Below are positions 1 through 12,138 of a stretch of 64,000 bases of DNA, in pieces. Numbering within the stretch: the first letter of the stretch is position 1; every line of letters begins with the position of its first letter. Location: assembly GCA_010909165.1 (NCBI GenBank), contig MU008215.1, forward strand, positions 62,001 through 126,000. Reading direction: 5' to 3'. The DNA comes from Anthoceros angustus (taxonomy: Eukaryota > Plantae > Anthocerotophyta). Under the pieces are notes generated by a model. The model had not been told where the DNA came from. It did no database searches and was given only the letters and a program-made list of their open reading frames with translations. The translations under genes were made by a program, and so were the position numbers.

Positions 1-2960
1 ACGCATCGGTGAGTTTGGTTAGGATCTTGCACAACAAGCCATTTGCCTTTTCCGTCATTGGCTTTTGGGTTATAAGGCGTGGACTTCACAGTAGGCGCGT
101 TGAAGTGGTTGGTCATGTTGGAATTACGATTGTGAAATGTGTTCCTCATCGCCCCGGCTCCAGTGAGCGGTGATGATTTGCTCGAGCAGAATCGCTCGAC
201 GGCGCCGAATCTGGCGTGCTTCTACCATCCGCGTCGATGTCTGGCCACGGGATGTATTGGTTTTGGCGAGCCTTGGTTTTGTGGATAGGACCGACAAAAT
301 CGATTCCCCATTTCTCGAATGGTGCGGTGCAAGTATGGGGACAAGGGGCCATTGGGTTGTTCTTTGTTGGCTTGCCGACCCTTTGGCGCGTCCGCGGCGC
401 TTCACGAACTCCGGCATCCTTGTACATTGTAGGCCACCAATAGACCTCAAAATTTTCACGCATGTGACATGCGGCATAATGACCTCCGCCTCTTCTTCGT
501 GTAAAGAGCTCGGGACTCGCTCACACGCTTGCCGCTTAGCTCCACTGCCGTCCGGGGCCGACGGTATAAATTCATATTGTGCCGTGTGAGATAGTGCGGA
601 GTAGTGGACAAACGCTTTGAATCTGTCTTGGAAAGTGGAGGAATTTGGCCGTGCCAAGATAATCGTATATCTCTCGATATGTTGGTCTTAAGCCACCCTC
701 CCTTCTCAATCGATCTTGGCTCCCCTCCTTCGAGGGGCTTCCTTTGGTTGGTTTGCAACTCCTGAGCAGTGTCTCATCGGGAAAGTCGTCTTCTGGTCCT
801 TTCCACCTTCCTGTTTTCAATCGAGATATGAAGTCGGCATTGATATGCTTCCTACCTCTCTCGTTTCCCTTTGTGAAGGTAAACTCACAGCGGCAAGATC
901 CGGCGTCTATCGTCCGAAAGGTCGGGTTTATTCACAAGGTGTTTCAAGGCAAAGTGGTCAACATGGAACACAAATTCATACGAGAGGAGGTAGTGTCTCG
1001 AATTTCGACCGAGTAAACCATTCCCGATGCTTGCGCTCCGTGGTGGTATACTTTCGCTCCGTCCGTTAGTTGTCTCGGCATAGTAGATCGGAAAATCCTT
1101 CTTCTTCTCATCCGCTGCTGGGGTACCCAATTGCAAATCTTTGAAACATCAGCAGCGTGGAACTTCTTACTCGATCCGGTCCTTTTAGCGTGGGGCTGTA
1201 GCGGTGTGGTGCGTAAGTCACGAAATGCTTCCTCCGTTCGTCGTCCACTCCCACTCCCGATCCTTCCTTAACAAGCTCGTTAGTGGGCGGCCGCTTGGCG
1301 AAATTTGGAGCAAGCGTCTATAATATCGACCATCCCGGGAACCGCGGAGTTCCTTTAGCGTTATTGGTGCTCTAAGGGTGGCGATGACCTTTACCTTGTC
1401 CGGATCTACTTCTATACCTCGGCTTGAAATTCGATGCTAGCGAATTCCTCGACATGCAGTAGCACTTTTACGGATGCGAGCATAATTGCGTTGCTCGGCG
1501 CTCGAGCACTTCCGGAGGTGCGACAGATGGTCCTTGACAGCCCCGAATACGCAGAAGTCGTCCAGGAAAACTTCCATAAAGTCGCGAAGGAAGTCCTTGA
1601 AAATTTTGACGATGGCTCGCATGAAGGACCCAGGTGCTCCCGTCAACCCAAATGCGCTGCGCTTGTAAGCATATGTCCCCCAGTCGGTTGTAAAAGCGGT
1701 CAGAGGCCAATCGCTCTCCCTAAGGTGCAGCTGATTATACCCAGAGTACCCGTCTAGGAATGAATACGCCATTCTGCCTGCGACCAGATCCAGGATATTA
1801 TCGATGAAGGGTAACGGAAAGTGATCCTTCTTGGTGACCTTATTCAACCTTCTCCGATCGACAAACTCGGATTTTGCTGGCCTCTTAGGTACTACCACTA
1901 TTGGAGCCACCCATTCGGTATTGACTATAGGATAGATCACGTCGCCTTGAGGTACATCTCCAAGCGATCCTTTACCTTGAGGAGTACTTGGATTTAACTT
2001 GTCTTGTGGAATCCTTCTGGGATTGCTCACGGTTCCAGTCAATCCTATGCTCGCCCATTCTTTGGGGATCCCTTCATGTCTACCTCAAGGCGAAAACATC
2101 GATAAATTCAGCGGTTGCTTCATTCCTTCCTCCAACGCCGCATCCATTGTTACGGAGAATTTGAGCACCTTCCACGGAAGAACCTCAACGTCCTTGACTT
2201 CATCGGCTGTACCCACTCGCTCTCGGTGCGGTGCTAACCCCGAATCCTTCTTACGGCTCCGCGGTTCCTCTTCTCTCATGCCCCATTCCCTAAACAAATC
2301 CTCCGGCGTGAAGCTGCGTGGCGCCTCCTCCGGCTTCTCCACTGCTTTATCCATCGCCGGACCCCTTCCGGAGCATTCGGCGGTTACCCGTAACGACCCT
2401 CGGGTTAATTGTATATGGATATCTGCGGTAGTCCGCTCCTCATCGGACCATGAGATGTGTGCGAGCAGGAACCTATCTTCCTCTTGCATCTCCCGACGTG
2501 TCCTCTGCCGGTGTACCCTTCATTTGATTGGAGTTTCACTGCATACATGTCCTTACTCACGATAGGCACATCCTTCCCTCCTTGGTCTTGGGATCCCATT
2601 CCAGCGGTTTAAAACCGACTTCCTTCCCCCACTTGGCGTGCATTGCGATCGTACATCCATGTTCGGCCAATTAGGACGTGACTGGCGATTTTCTTTGGAT
2701 GACTACATAATCCATCAAGTAGGGGATGGTTCCAATGGTCGTTAGCACCCTGTCGGTTCCCCGGCACCATTACGGACATGTCCATTAGCCTCAAAACCTT
2801 GGTAGTATGTTCAATATCCAAGCCCAATTTCCTAGCCGTGTCTTGTCATAATATTTACACCCAGGCCGTGTCGAGAGGCACTCCTTGATGACACATCCGA
2901 AATTTCCACAGGTTGGTGGGCCTTGATCCACCATGGATACCAAGTTCACATGCGCGGTAG
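1..2960 (-). pseudogene. pol: Gypsy pol (protease, RT, RNase H, integrase), frameshifted
   Basis: RT: KDHFPLPFIDNILD, YSFLDGYSGYNQ, MEVFLDDF (1437-2042). RNase H: PIYYA, HVDHFALKHLVNKPD (885-1136), then DDFPDETL. Integrase: PFEKWGIDFVGP (146-463) and STPYNPKAN near 55-85. Protease-like LIGRTWMY (2609-2827). Confidence 0.9.
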
Positions 2961-3759
2961 TATAGGAACATTGCGCCTCTTTTGGGTTGCGCCTCTTTTA
3001 ACGCCCTCGATCATTGCCTATACATGGATTGTCTCGGAGGAGTTGTCCGAATGTGATCATGAAATGTTGGTCCATGATGGCCTCGGCGAGATTGAAAGAA
3101 GCGGTGGCCGACCTTCGCCATCCGAGTTTGGTTGGTTGGGTTCCGGTTCGTCATGACTTATGCGGTGGCCCGCGACCTCGCCATCCGAGTTTGGTTGGTG
3201 TGGGTTCCGGTTCGTCATGACTTGGGGTACGGTGGCCCTTCCGGTGGGGTGGTGGACTCCCACAGGGTGGTGGAAATCGACACCCCGCCTTTTCCCCGTA
3301 GCCTCCCTTGCCAATTCTTCTTGTATCATATCCATGACTTCCCGTCGTCCGGTGGAAACCCTAACTCGGTTCGGTAACTTTCTCGAAATCGGTAGGGTTC
3401 CACCCCTTCGGCTTCCGTCGGCCTTCATTCACCTTTCCGCCATTGGAACACTCAACTCATTGCATCACTCTTTTGCACATATGGTCCATCCGCCAAGTCA
3501 CTGCAGGACTTGTTTTTCTCGTCTTTGGCGTTCCGGTGTTGGTATTTCCGCCGGTGGTGGCGACACTCTCTCCCTCATCGATCCGTGGTCGTATCCGCCT
3601 CCTTTCTTCTTTTTTCCCCGTCGCCTCTCTTTTGCTTTTGTGCTCCTTGTTCTAACGACCATGGCGGAGGCTTCCCCATAATAATCGCTTCCTCTCTAAT
3701 CCCTCCAAGCTCCTCGGGGTTCCAATCTCGGCATCCTCCCATACCGCCATAAGTGCGTC

Positions 3760-5426
3760 CTCAACATGCATGGCGGACCGGACTTGGGTTGGTGAACTCC
3801 GTTGGTGGTGCGATCCTCACCGTCTTTGGGGCTTTGGCGAGCACTTCCGCCAAATGCCCTGCTTCTACAATCTTGACATAGTTTATCAAAATCTCCATTG
3901 CCTTGGAGTTGGATAAGGCATGCGCATAGTGTCCAAGGTTGCGACAATTATAGCACAAGGCGGTACCCATTGGATTGTTACCGCTTGATTTCTGACGCCT
4001 ACCCCGTGGAATTACGTAGGTTGGCGGGTACATGGTCTTTGGGTACACTTGGGTTGGTGAACCTCACGGATCGTATGTATCTTCCGGACCCTCTTCCTCC
4101 TCTTCCTCATATCCCGGTGTACCCTTGTCGTCGGACAATTAGCTTTGGAGTGTCCTGCTGCCCACGTTGAGCGAGAGGTTGGCTCGTGGGTTCGTGATGC
4201 CTCCGCCTCTCATGTTCCTTGACCGCATTAAGATGGAATTTCGAATTTTGCCATCATCTCCTCCATCTTGTTCCCTGTTGTTCTACTTTCTTGGCTGCCA
4301 CCTCCCTCCTTCTCCTTGTTCGCGTCCTTCTTTTACATCGCCTCTGTTTTGCCTTGCGGCTCCTTGTTGTCCGTGCGACCCTTCATTTTCTTTTTTCCAT
4401 TTGGCGCTCCTCATCGACGCTTCCTCCAGGCATCACTCGTTTCCTCCTCAGGAACTTTACGTGGAATCTTCGTGGAGCTTTCTTCACGATGAACTTCCTT
4501 CCGAGGAGGATGAGGAATCCCTTCTTTTTTCCGATCTGGGCTTCTTCTTCTCCTTCTTAGCCTTCCTCCTCCCTTGCGGGTTGGATTCCTCATAGTTTAG
4601 CGCCTTGATAGCCTTGCCCAAATTCTTCTCCGCTTGTAACCTTACGTGTCTCCCCATCTTAGAACCCGGGCCTTTAGCGAACCACCGTGTGCACCGCAAC
4701 TCAGTGAGGGCCACTTGATCGCGTGGCGTGAAACCTCTCCACATACGCGCAAGGTTTCCTTCTTTCCTCTCTGCTTTTCAAGCTTGGACAACACGTATCC
4801 CTCGTCAAGCCCCAGACCTTTCCGAGGCGGTTTTAATTCTTCATAGGTTCTGGAGGTGTGGCTGACTTGAGGTATTCGCGCCTATACCACTTCGCTGGAC
4901 CCCCCCGAAGAACTCCATAGAACAACTGAATACGCTGTGCATCTCCCGCTTCCTGGTTTGCAAATGTCAGCTGCTCAAAACGCTCAACAAATTCATCAGG
5001 GTCTTCATACCCTTCCCTCTCCATACAACGGGTAAGGTTGCTTGGTGGTGACCACCACCGGTGGTGGTGGTCATGACTATCGTTCTTGATTCGGCGTGGT
5101 TGGTCCAACAACGGTTCTGCGGAGTCGATTGATCTCCAGCGCACACTTTTGGAAGAGAGGTCAGTGGATGGAATTGGTCCGAGGTTCCTTGGCGGTGGTA
5201 CCTCGTCCAAGTCCAGAGGTTGGGGATCTTGCTCCAACAAGATCGGACCCCCGTCCCCTGGTTGCTTCCTTACCTCCCTTCTCCTTCCAACGGGTGCGTC
5301 TTCCGGCTGGACCCTCCTCAACTCGCGGTTTGCAACCCTTTTTAACCTTTCCAGTGCTTGGCGTTGTCGCTTCTCGTGTGGCCTTCCGTCCCGACTTGAC
5401 TCGAACCCTCGACTCAACCGTGGCAT
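3760..5426 (-). pseudogene. gag: Gypsy gag, frameshifted
   Basis: EDPDEFVERFEQL...LRGGPAKWY capsid-like segment (4833-5426) and a degenerate zinc knuckle CYNCRNLGHYAH (3761-4048). Confidence 0.85.
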
Positions 5427-5503
5427 CCATCTACCTAACTAGATACACTCCAAAACTAGACACCTAAGCTATGGTTAGTCCCCTATAACCTTGATGAGTT
5501 TCA

Positions 5504-5518
5504 TTCCCGACAGCGCCA
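5504..5518 (-). promoter_or_regulatory. Primer-binding site of family A
   Basis: TGGCGCTGTCGGGAA, 3 nt after the LTR-terminal CA; resembles the Athila-type TGGCGCCGTTGCC PBS. An equivalent site lies at 26804-26818. Confidence 0.8.
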
Positions 5519-5521
5519 AAA

Positions 5522-8500
5522 TGTGGAATGGGTTTTGCATCCGAAGGCGCAAAGAGGCCACATTTACCCTCTATGTCGTTATAGTCCTAGGATTCGATCC
5601 CAAGGGAATGGTGTTGTGTCAAGGTGTGCTAAATCTATGGATTCTAGACACCCCGTCGCTCGCTACCCACCTTCTCCCTACCCGCCCAAACCCACCACCG
5701 TGGTAGACTCGGCCACGCGTGGCGGTTGACCAACGCGGGCCCCCACACCGCGCCTTCGAGTCTACCACCGGCTTCTCTAACACGGACCTAGGGGCTATCG
5801 GACACCTATACGCCTCACCTTAATTTCGATTCCACCACGCACTCCCTCGCGTTCGATTTTCCCTCACTCTCACAATCCCTCGGTAGCGCACAACTACCCT
5901 CGGGAACCTTTCCCTTCCCAATGAACTCTCTCGTCTCACGGGCCACAGACCCCTTTTCCCTTGGGCCACAGACCCTCCTTGGGCCACACAGACCCTCTCT
6001 CATGGAATGAACACACAGTGGCAGCGGTTGGAAAGAGGATCGGAAGAAAACCCGGTCGGTGCTTGGGCGATTCGCCTTCCGGATTCCGCCTCCCGTCGCG
6101 GCACTCCTACCTCTTTTTCCGTGTGGCCTACCTTCCGTTACCCAGTGGAGCTTGGCCACTCCGCTCTCGACCATCCGAGAGATCTTCCGGCCTTCTTGTG
6201 ACGAGAAGGCGGTCGAACCCGTTTGATCTTGACGGACGTCTCCAATCAACCCCACTCGGCGGTTCGATACACGGAAGTTCACACGAAATCGTCTTGAGAG
6301 ACACCCAAAGGGTCTCTTATACATCTGGGCGGTCCACACTCACTTCTCTTTAGTGTCTAAAATTGTAGCTCCTACCACGGCGCCTTACCAATCTAAACAC
6401 ACTCTACGGTGATGGAACTCCCTATCCTCGCGAAAAACCCGGTCCTAGGCTATCGCGACTCCCTAAAATCAGCTGCCGCCTCCGATTGCTGCCTCGCCCC
6501 TCGGCCCATGGGGACCCCTCTCGCTCTTGACCTCGCCTCGATCCGAGCGATTTTCCCCACAACCTCCACCTCGCTCTCACTTTGAATTTCCCTCGCGCCT
6601 TCCCAGCGTGCGCGCCTTTGTCCTCTATGTCCATTGTCCGCTCCTCCTCATTTGGACAACCATACGTGCTCCTCCCTCCATGCTCGCTGCGCCTCGCTCA
6701 TCTCTTCCGGCACCACTTGCGGAGGATAGGCGCCCGCTCCTACTCGAAGGAACCAGCGTAGCCTGTGGCGTCAAGATCTGACCCGTGGTTTACGCCCCTC
6801 TGTCCCAACAACCACATACACGTTTAGAGTGAGCACCGCTCACCATGCGAGCGGCGAGGACATGAGCATCCTCATCCGGGCCCGTAGCACTGCCCCGCCG
6901 ATCAGGTCCTTACCCTCTCCTCCGTGGACAATCACAGGCGGCTGCTTGATTCTCAGGATCATCCCTCCATCTGCGACACTCCGTGGTGACTTCCCCACCT
7001 CGGTTCCCGTTCCACGACGGTGGCTGGTTTAGCCACCGTGGTGGTTGCTTCCACGGTGGTTGTTTGGCTCCTGCGGTGGCATTGCTCGGCCTTCTTGGTT
7101 TGGCCACCTCTCTCTTGACTCGGCCCTAGCCGTCTCTTTCCGCTTGTACCTCTCCGATTCTTGAATTTCTCCAAGGCGCCATCGCTTCCACCTGCTCTGG
7201 ACTCGCGAGACCTCATCGAAGCTCTTCAATTGTAGCATCGCCCCTTGACTGATTTACTAAAGCTTCTGAGTGGACATGTGCCTTGCTCTGTGCCTTGCAT
7301 AAGGCCGCCCGCACTCCGTCTGCGCTCCTCGGCCGCCTTGCTCTCGCCTTCCGGGCTCTCCAACTTCTCCTTGAGCAACTTCTCCTGGCCTTGCACACTC
7401 GGTAGTGAGAGCCATGGTGCTTGATCGAGGAGATCCGCTGCGTCATGCCATGGCAAGTCAAACCACCAAATCCCCAAATTGGGCTGTCCCTTGCCCATCC
7501 GCCTCCACAACAATTCGTGTCGGTGTCTCCTATCCCCACCTCGGCCGGACGGTTCGGTGAAATGTCGCCAAAAATGTCCGAGCTCGTTGCGGTCTCGGCG
7601 TGAAGTTAACCCTCCTCTCCTAGGGGTTGGTCTGCCTTGCCTCTTCCCCTTCATTCTCCCTAGCGGCGATTCATCCTGCGGGAGGGAGCAACTTGCCATT
7701 TCCCTTTACTTTTCCTCCTTTACCTGCTTCCCGCTTCGACTGGTGACCACAGGTGTGGCTGTGGGTTCCTCCTCTGCGGCTGCCCTCCCTTCTTCGCCGA
7801 TCCCGTTCCGTTGCGCCCGCCGCTTCTTACCCTTGGAAACTTCCCTCCTCTTCCGAACCTTCCGAGCGCACTCCCAACTGGAATCCTTGCCGAATCCTCC
7901 TTCAATTCCTCCTCTTCTACCTTGAGTTCCACGGCTTCCAACCATGCGGCGGACGACTTCAACTCAGTTAAACACGGAATGCGCAAATACATGAATCGGA
8001 AAAGGCGAAATCAAGGAGGGCCGAGGGAAGAAGAGTAAGTCGCCTTCTCCTCACAGGCTCTTTTAAAATCATCCTCCCCAATCAATTTGTGTACCCTTGA
8101 CCACCTCGTGAAGAAAAACCAAGAAGTGATCCGCCATATGATCCGGCTTAGTTAGGAAACACAAAATCCATTTGGCCAATCCCACTGCAGACACGAGTTG
8201 GCGAGTCACCCGACCATTGTTCACTCTCACTTCCCAGGCTTCATGGCGCGGCGCTCGGCTTTCAAGGTCTTCTTTCTGGGGTCAATCACCAAGCTCCCAT
8301 CCTCGATGCTTCTCGCCCTACGCTCGAAGAGGGCCAAATCCAGTTGCGGCCTTTTCCTCGCGTCACCCTCTTGCGACTTGGTCCTTAATTGCGGGCGCAC
8401 TCTTGCACAATGTGTGTCAGCACCATTTCTTCTCCATGAACTTGAGACCCGGCTCCACACTGCGGCTCTCACTTTCCAGTGGTCCATGTTGGGCCGCTGC

Positions 8501-9156
8501 GTGAGTAAGATTTCGGCGCGGCTCGGGCGCCATCTCCTTCTCTCGTTGTCTCCCAAAACAAAACCTCGACTACCCTGCAGATCCGGTCAAGAGAGAAAAA
8601 AATCGAAAGCGCCTCCTTCCACGCCTCGCGAACTTGCGGCCCGATTTCTCTCCGCCGCCGCCCGACTGCCGCGCCTTCCCCCGCAATGAGATGTGATTTG
8701 GCTGGCGTGGTACGCGCTCTTCTTGCGCAGCCCGCCCACCGCCTCACGGAAAGTCGCGACCTCGCGGTGCCGGTGTGCCCTTTCCCGTGCGCTCCCGTAG
8801 GTAGTCCCGCCCGCCACTAGGGTTGTAAATTCCCCACAGTCTCAGACGTCCGTTTCTCGGCCACCGTGGTGGAACTAGCCACCACCCCACTTGACTACAC
8901 AGGCATATTGTGAGCATCCCTAGCATATATAGACACCTTTTATTCTAAAATTCCCAATACCCAAGGACTCTATTTCTACCCCCCTCCGGGTCAAACCTAA
9001 GGGTCGAAAAATTATTATTATCTCCAAGGGCCAAGGACCATTCCGTATAAAAGACCCGACGATTCTCAAAGCACTCGCTATTCTAACACACCCAAAACAA
9101 AAAATCGCTCACCCCGACACTTGAGAGCGGGGTTAGTTCACATGTGGTCTTCCACA
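5522..9156 (-). repeat. Family A long LTR (~3.6 kb)
   Basis: 7-bp inverted termini TGTGGAA/TTCCACA. Both ends align to the 2.1 kb LTRs at 22652-24767 and 26822-28950. Confidence 0.85.
6960..8750 (-). pseudogene. Accessory ORF inside the family A LTR (DWG-motif domain, charged linker, coiled coil), frameshifted
   Basis: Stitched peptides ...KPDHMADHFLVFLHEVVKGTQIDWG... (~8070-8180), EAVELKVEEEELKE and QEKLLKEKLE. TATATA at ~8925 lies upstream on the minus strand. Confidence 0.6.
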
Positions 9157-10270
9157 AGGACCTACAATTGTTTGTTGTTGATTGTGGGTCGAGGCGGTGA
9201 TTCGATGGAGCAGGAGCGGGCGTATTGCGTGAGTTGGTGGTTGAGGATGTGCCAATTGTGGGAAGGTCTTTGGGAAAGGAGTAGTGGAAGATCATGGTGT
9301 GGTGAAGTCGTGCAGCGTGAGGAGGTCCCTAGGTTGATCGAAACCGGGTAGTTCCGAGCCACGGAAATTTTGATTGGGACGATTAACCACCAATGTGTGC
9401 CCATAGAATAGAAGAAAAAAATCGAAGCCGCCCTCGCTCCTTCCACTCCTCTTGCGGCCCGATTTCTCTCCTCCCCGCCGCCGCTTTCGTCGTCGCGCCT
9501 TTTCCTCACCTGCAGGAGGCGGTGATTTGGCTGGCGTGGTGCGCGCGCCCTCTTCTTGACTCGCTCCATTGCCCCTCACGGAAAGTCGCGACCTCATGAT
9601 CTTGGGTGTGCCCTTCTCCCGATTCGCTCGTGGTAGTCCGCTCCGCCACTAGGGTTGTAAATTCCCCAGTGCATGCGTCCGTTTCTCGGCCACCGTGGTG
9701 GAACTAGCCACCACCCCACTTGACTACACAAGCGTGGCATATTGTGAGCATCCCTAGCATATATAGACACCTTTTATTCTAAAATTCCCAATACCCAAGG
9801 ACTCTATTTCTACCCCCCTCCGGGTCAAACCTAAGGGTCGAAAAATTATTATTATCTCCAAGGGCCAAGGACCATTCCGTATAAAAGACCCGACTCGACG
9901 ATTCTCAAAGCACTCGCTATTCTAACACACCCAAAACAAAAAAAATCGTTCACCCTGACACTTGAGAGCGGGGTTAGTTCACATGTGGTCTTCCACAAGG
10001 ACCTACAATTGTTTGTTGTTGATTGTGGGTCGTGAGGCGGTGATTCGATGGAGCAGCGCTGGAGCGGGGCGGCTGCTGTCAGAGTTGGTGGTTGAGGATG
10101 TGCCAATTGTGGGAAGGTGCTGGGAAAGGAGTAGTGGAAGATCATGGTGTGGTGAAGTCGTGTTGCAACGTAGGAGGTCCCTAGGTTGATCGAAAACCGG
10201 GTAGTTCCGAGCCACGAAATTTTTGATTGGGACAGACAACCACCAATGTGTTAGCCCATAGAATAGAAGA
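8593..10270. repeat. Tandem duplication (~840 bp x2) spanning the LTR/flank junction
   Basis: The LTR end TTCCACA followed by AGGACCTACAATTG occurs at both 9156 and 9997. The junction near 9411 sits in an AGA(A/G)AAAA microhomology. Confidence 0.9.
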
Positions 10271-12138
10271 AAATAAAATTAAGAATTCATATGTCGATCC
10301 ATGTTGCCGTATAGTCTTCTAAGGAATAGCAAATGTTTTCTATGCACAAGGAATTTCGAGTTTATAACTAGCTCTTTATCTATATATTATTACATGTGGA
10401 AGCATTGTCCTGTCACGGGATGGATTTTTTCCATCAAGTTTTCTCCTCAATAAATTTTTTCTATTACATGTAGAAAGGAGATTTTATGTAAGAAAAGAAA
10501 TGAAAGATTCTATCTGTTCCATTGCAAGCCATATAATAATTTTAATAGAATTTTATATTTTATTCAATATACTTTTTGAGGTTTTACTTATGCCTATGTG
10601 AAGGATATTTAAGCACAAGGAAAGTGCTCTCGAGGCGTAGAGGGTACCTAGGTATCACAAGTTCTAATGTTCTTTGAAATGTCGGCGACTGGCAAGCCTC
10701 ATTCGGCCCGACTTGAGCCGGATTACTGATGCCATGTGTTTCTTATCATTCCCATTGCTGAGCAGCTAAGCTCGACTAGAGGCGCCCGCCTCATATGGCG
10801 AGCGGGTTGACCATGGCTCCCAAGAAGGGCGGCGGTGAATGGCAAGGGCAAGGCATCCAAGGCGATGCAACGTGGAAACCGGGAAAAGGCGGTCCCTATT
10901 ATCTCTTGTGCCATTCTCCTGTCGTGAAGGCCCTAATTTCCACTCGCCATGAGCATCATGAAGGTGAGCAATAAATCATCTCTCCACTCTCCTTTGTGCT
11001 CGAACTATGCGTTTGGCTATGTAATTGAATGTATCAGGGAAGTTCTTGGCCTTGCATCAATGGGACACAAGCTATTTTCGCTTGCAATTCCAATCTCCTG
11101 TGTTAACATTGGGAGCTGATTTGTTTTTAGTTTTTCGCTCACGATCCGGCGTGTTTTAGAAAGCATCCGGATCCTATCGGCATGGGGTTAGCCATATATT
11201 TTTGTGGAGCTGGACCAGATTGTATTGTTCCAGTCAAGTCAAGCCTTTAAGGATACAAGGCATCTGTATGATCATCCGCCATGCTTGTCGGGGCTCTAGG
11301 TCGTTGTGTGAGACCCCGAAGCCGACTTGATAGTGGTGTTGGCAGATCGCCGCTTCCTTTCCAGCTTCTGGCGTTAAAGGCATTGGAACCAATCGAGAGC
11401 TGAAGACCATTAGTAGAGTAAGTAGTTCTTTCAATTTGCTTTCGTGCACCGCATGTAGTGTTAGACGGATGTACCTGTCTGCACCCGATCTTGGAAAAGG
11501 CTTTCGACTTGATGCAAGCCTTTCCGAGAGATGAAAGGAATGCGTAGCATCTCAAGTCCAATCCACCGTCCTGGTATTTTGGTTAGCTACAATTGCGTTG
11601 CTACCGCTTTCCTTAGGCTGCCCTACCGCATTTATCTTCTTTCTTTGTAAATTGTTTCTTGATCTTCTCGATCGACTAAAAGTGCACATCCAAATGGCTT
11701 TGAGCGATAAGGGGTTCACGCGAGCCCATTATATGCTACAGCGTGGCCAAAATGCCCTAGCCCCTCACACCATCCGGGACATCCTAGATGAAACTTGGGT
11801 CAAGGTCACAAGCCTTCGAATACATACATGGACTAGATAATTGATTGGTATTCCAACAACGCCTCTCTCACCATTGACAGCCCTAAAGTTAATCCCGGTT
11901 GTCCGACAAAATACCCAAATCTTAGCTGGGATGGCGTACGCAACAACAATAGTGAGTTACTCACACCATCGCTTTGAAGATTCTGGAACGTCTCCTGACG
12001 ATTCTTGTCTCACTTCCTTCATGATAGAAGAGGTTAGTGGGTTACCCCCCTTCGTGGGAGCATGAAGGCAAGCCGCTTTTGTCGAGGCCAGGTCATGCTT
12101 CTCCAAGTTGCTTTCCGCCTGTTTGCGGACATGGTTCC

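Larger units (their letters stand above)
1..9156 (-). mobile_element. Ty3/Gypsy LTR retrotransposon, family A (non-chromoviral, Athila/Phygy-like): 5' LTR plus gag-pol, running off the left edge
   Basis: Minus-strand order LTR-PBS-gag-PR-RT-RH-INT. LTR termini are TGTGGAA (5522) and TTCCACA (9156), identical to the paired LTRs at 22652-28950. Confidence 0.92.

Noticed and set aside
3101-3222. ~60-bp tandem repeat in the gag-pol linker
   Set aside because: Ordinary variable linker repeat of a retrotransposon polyprotein.
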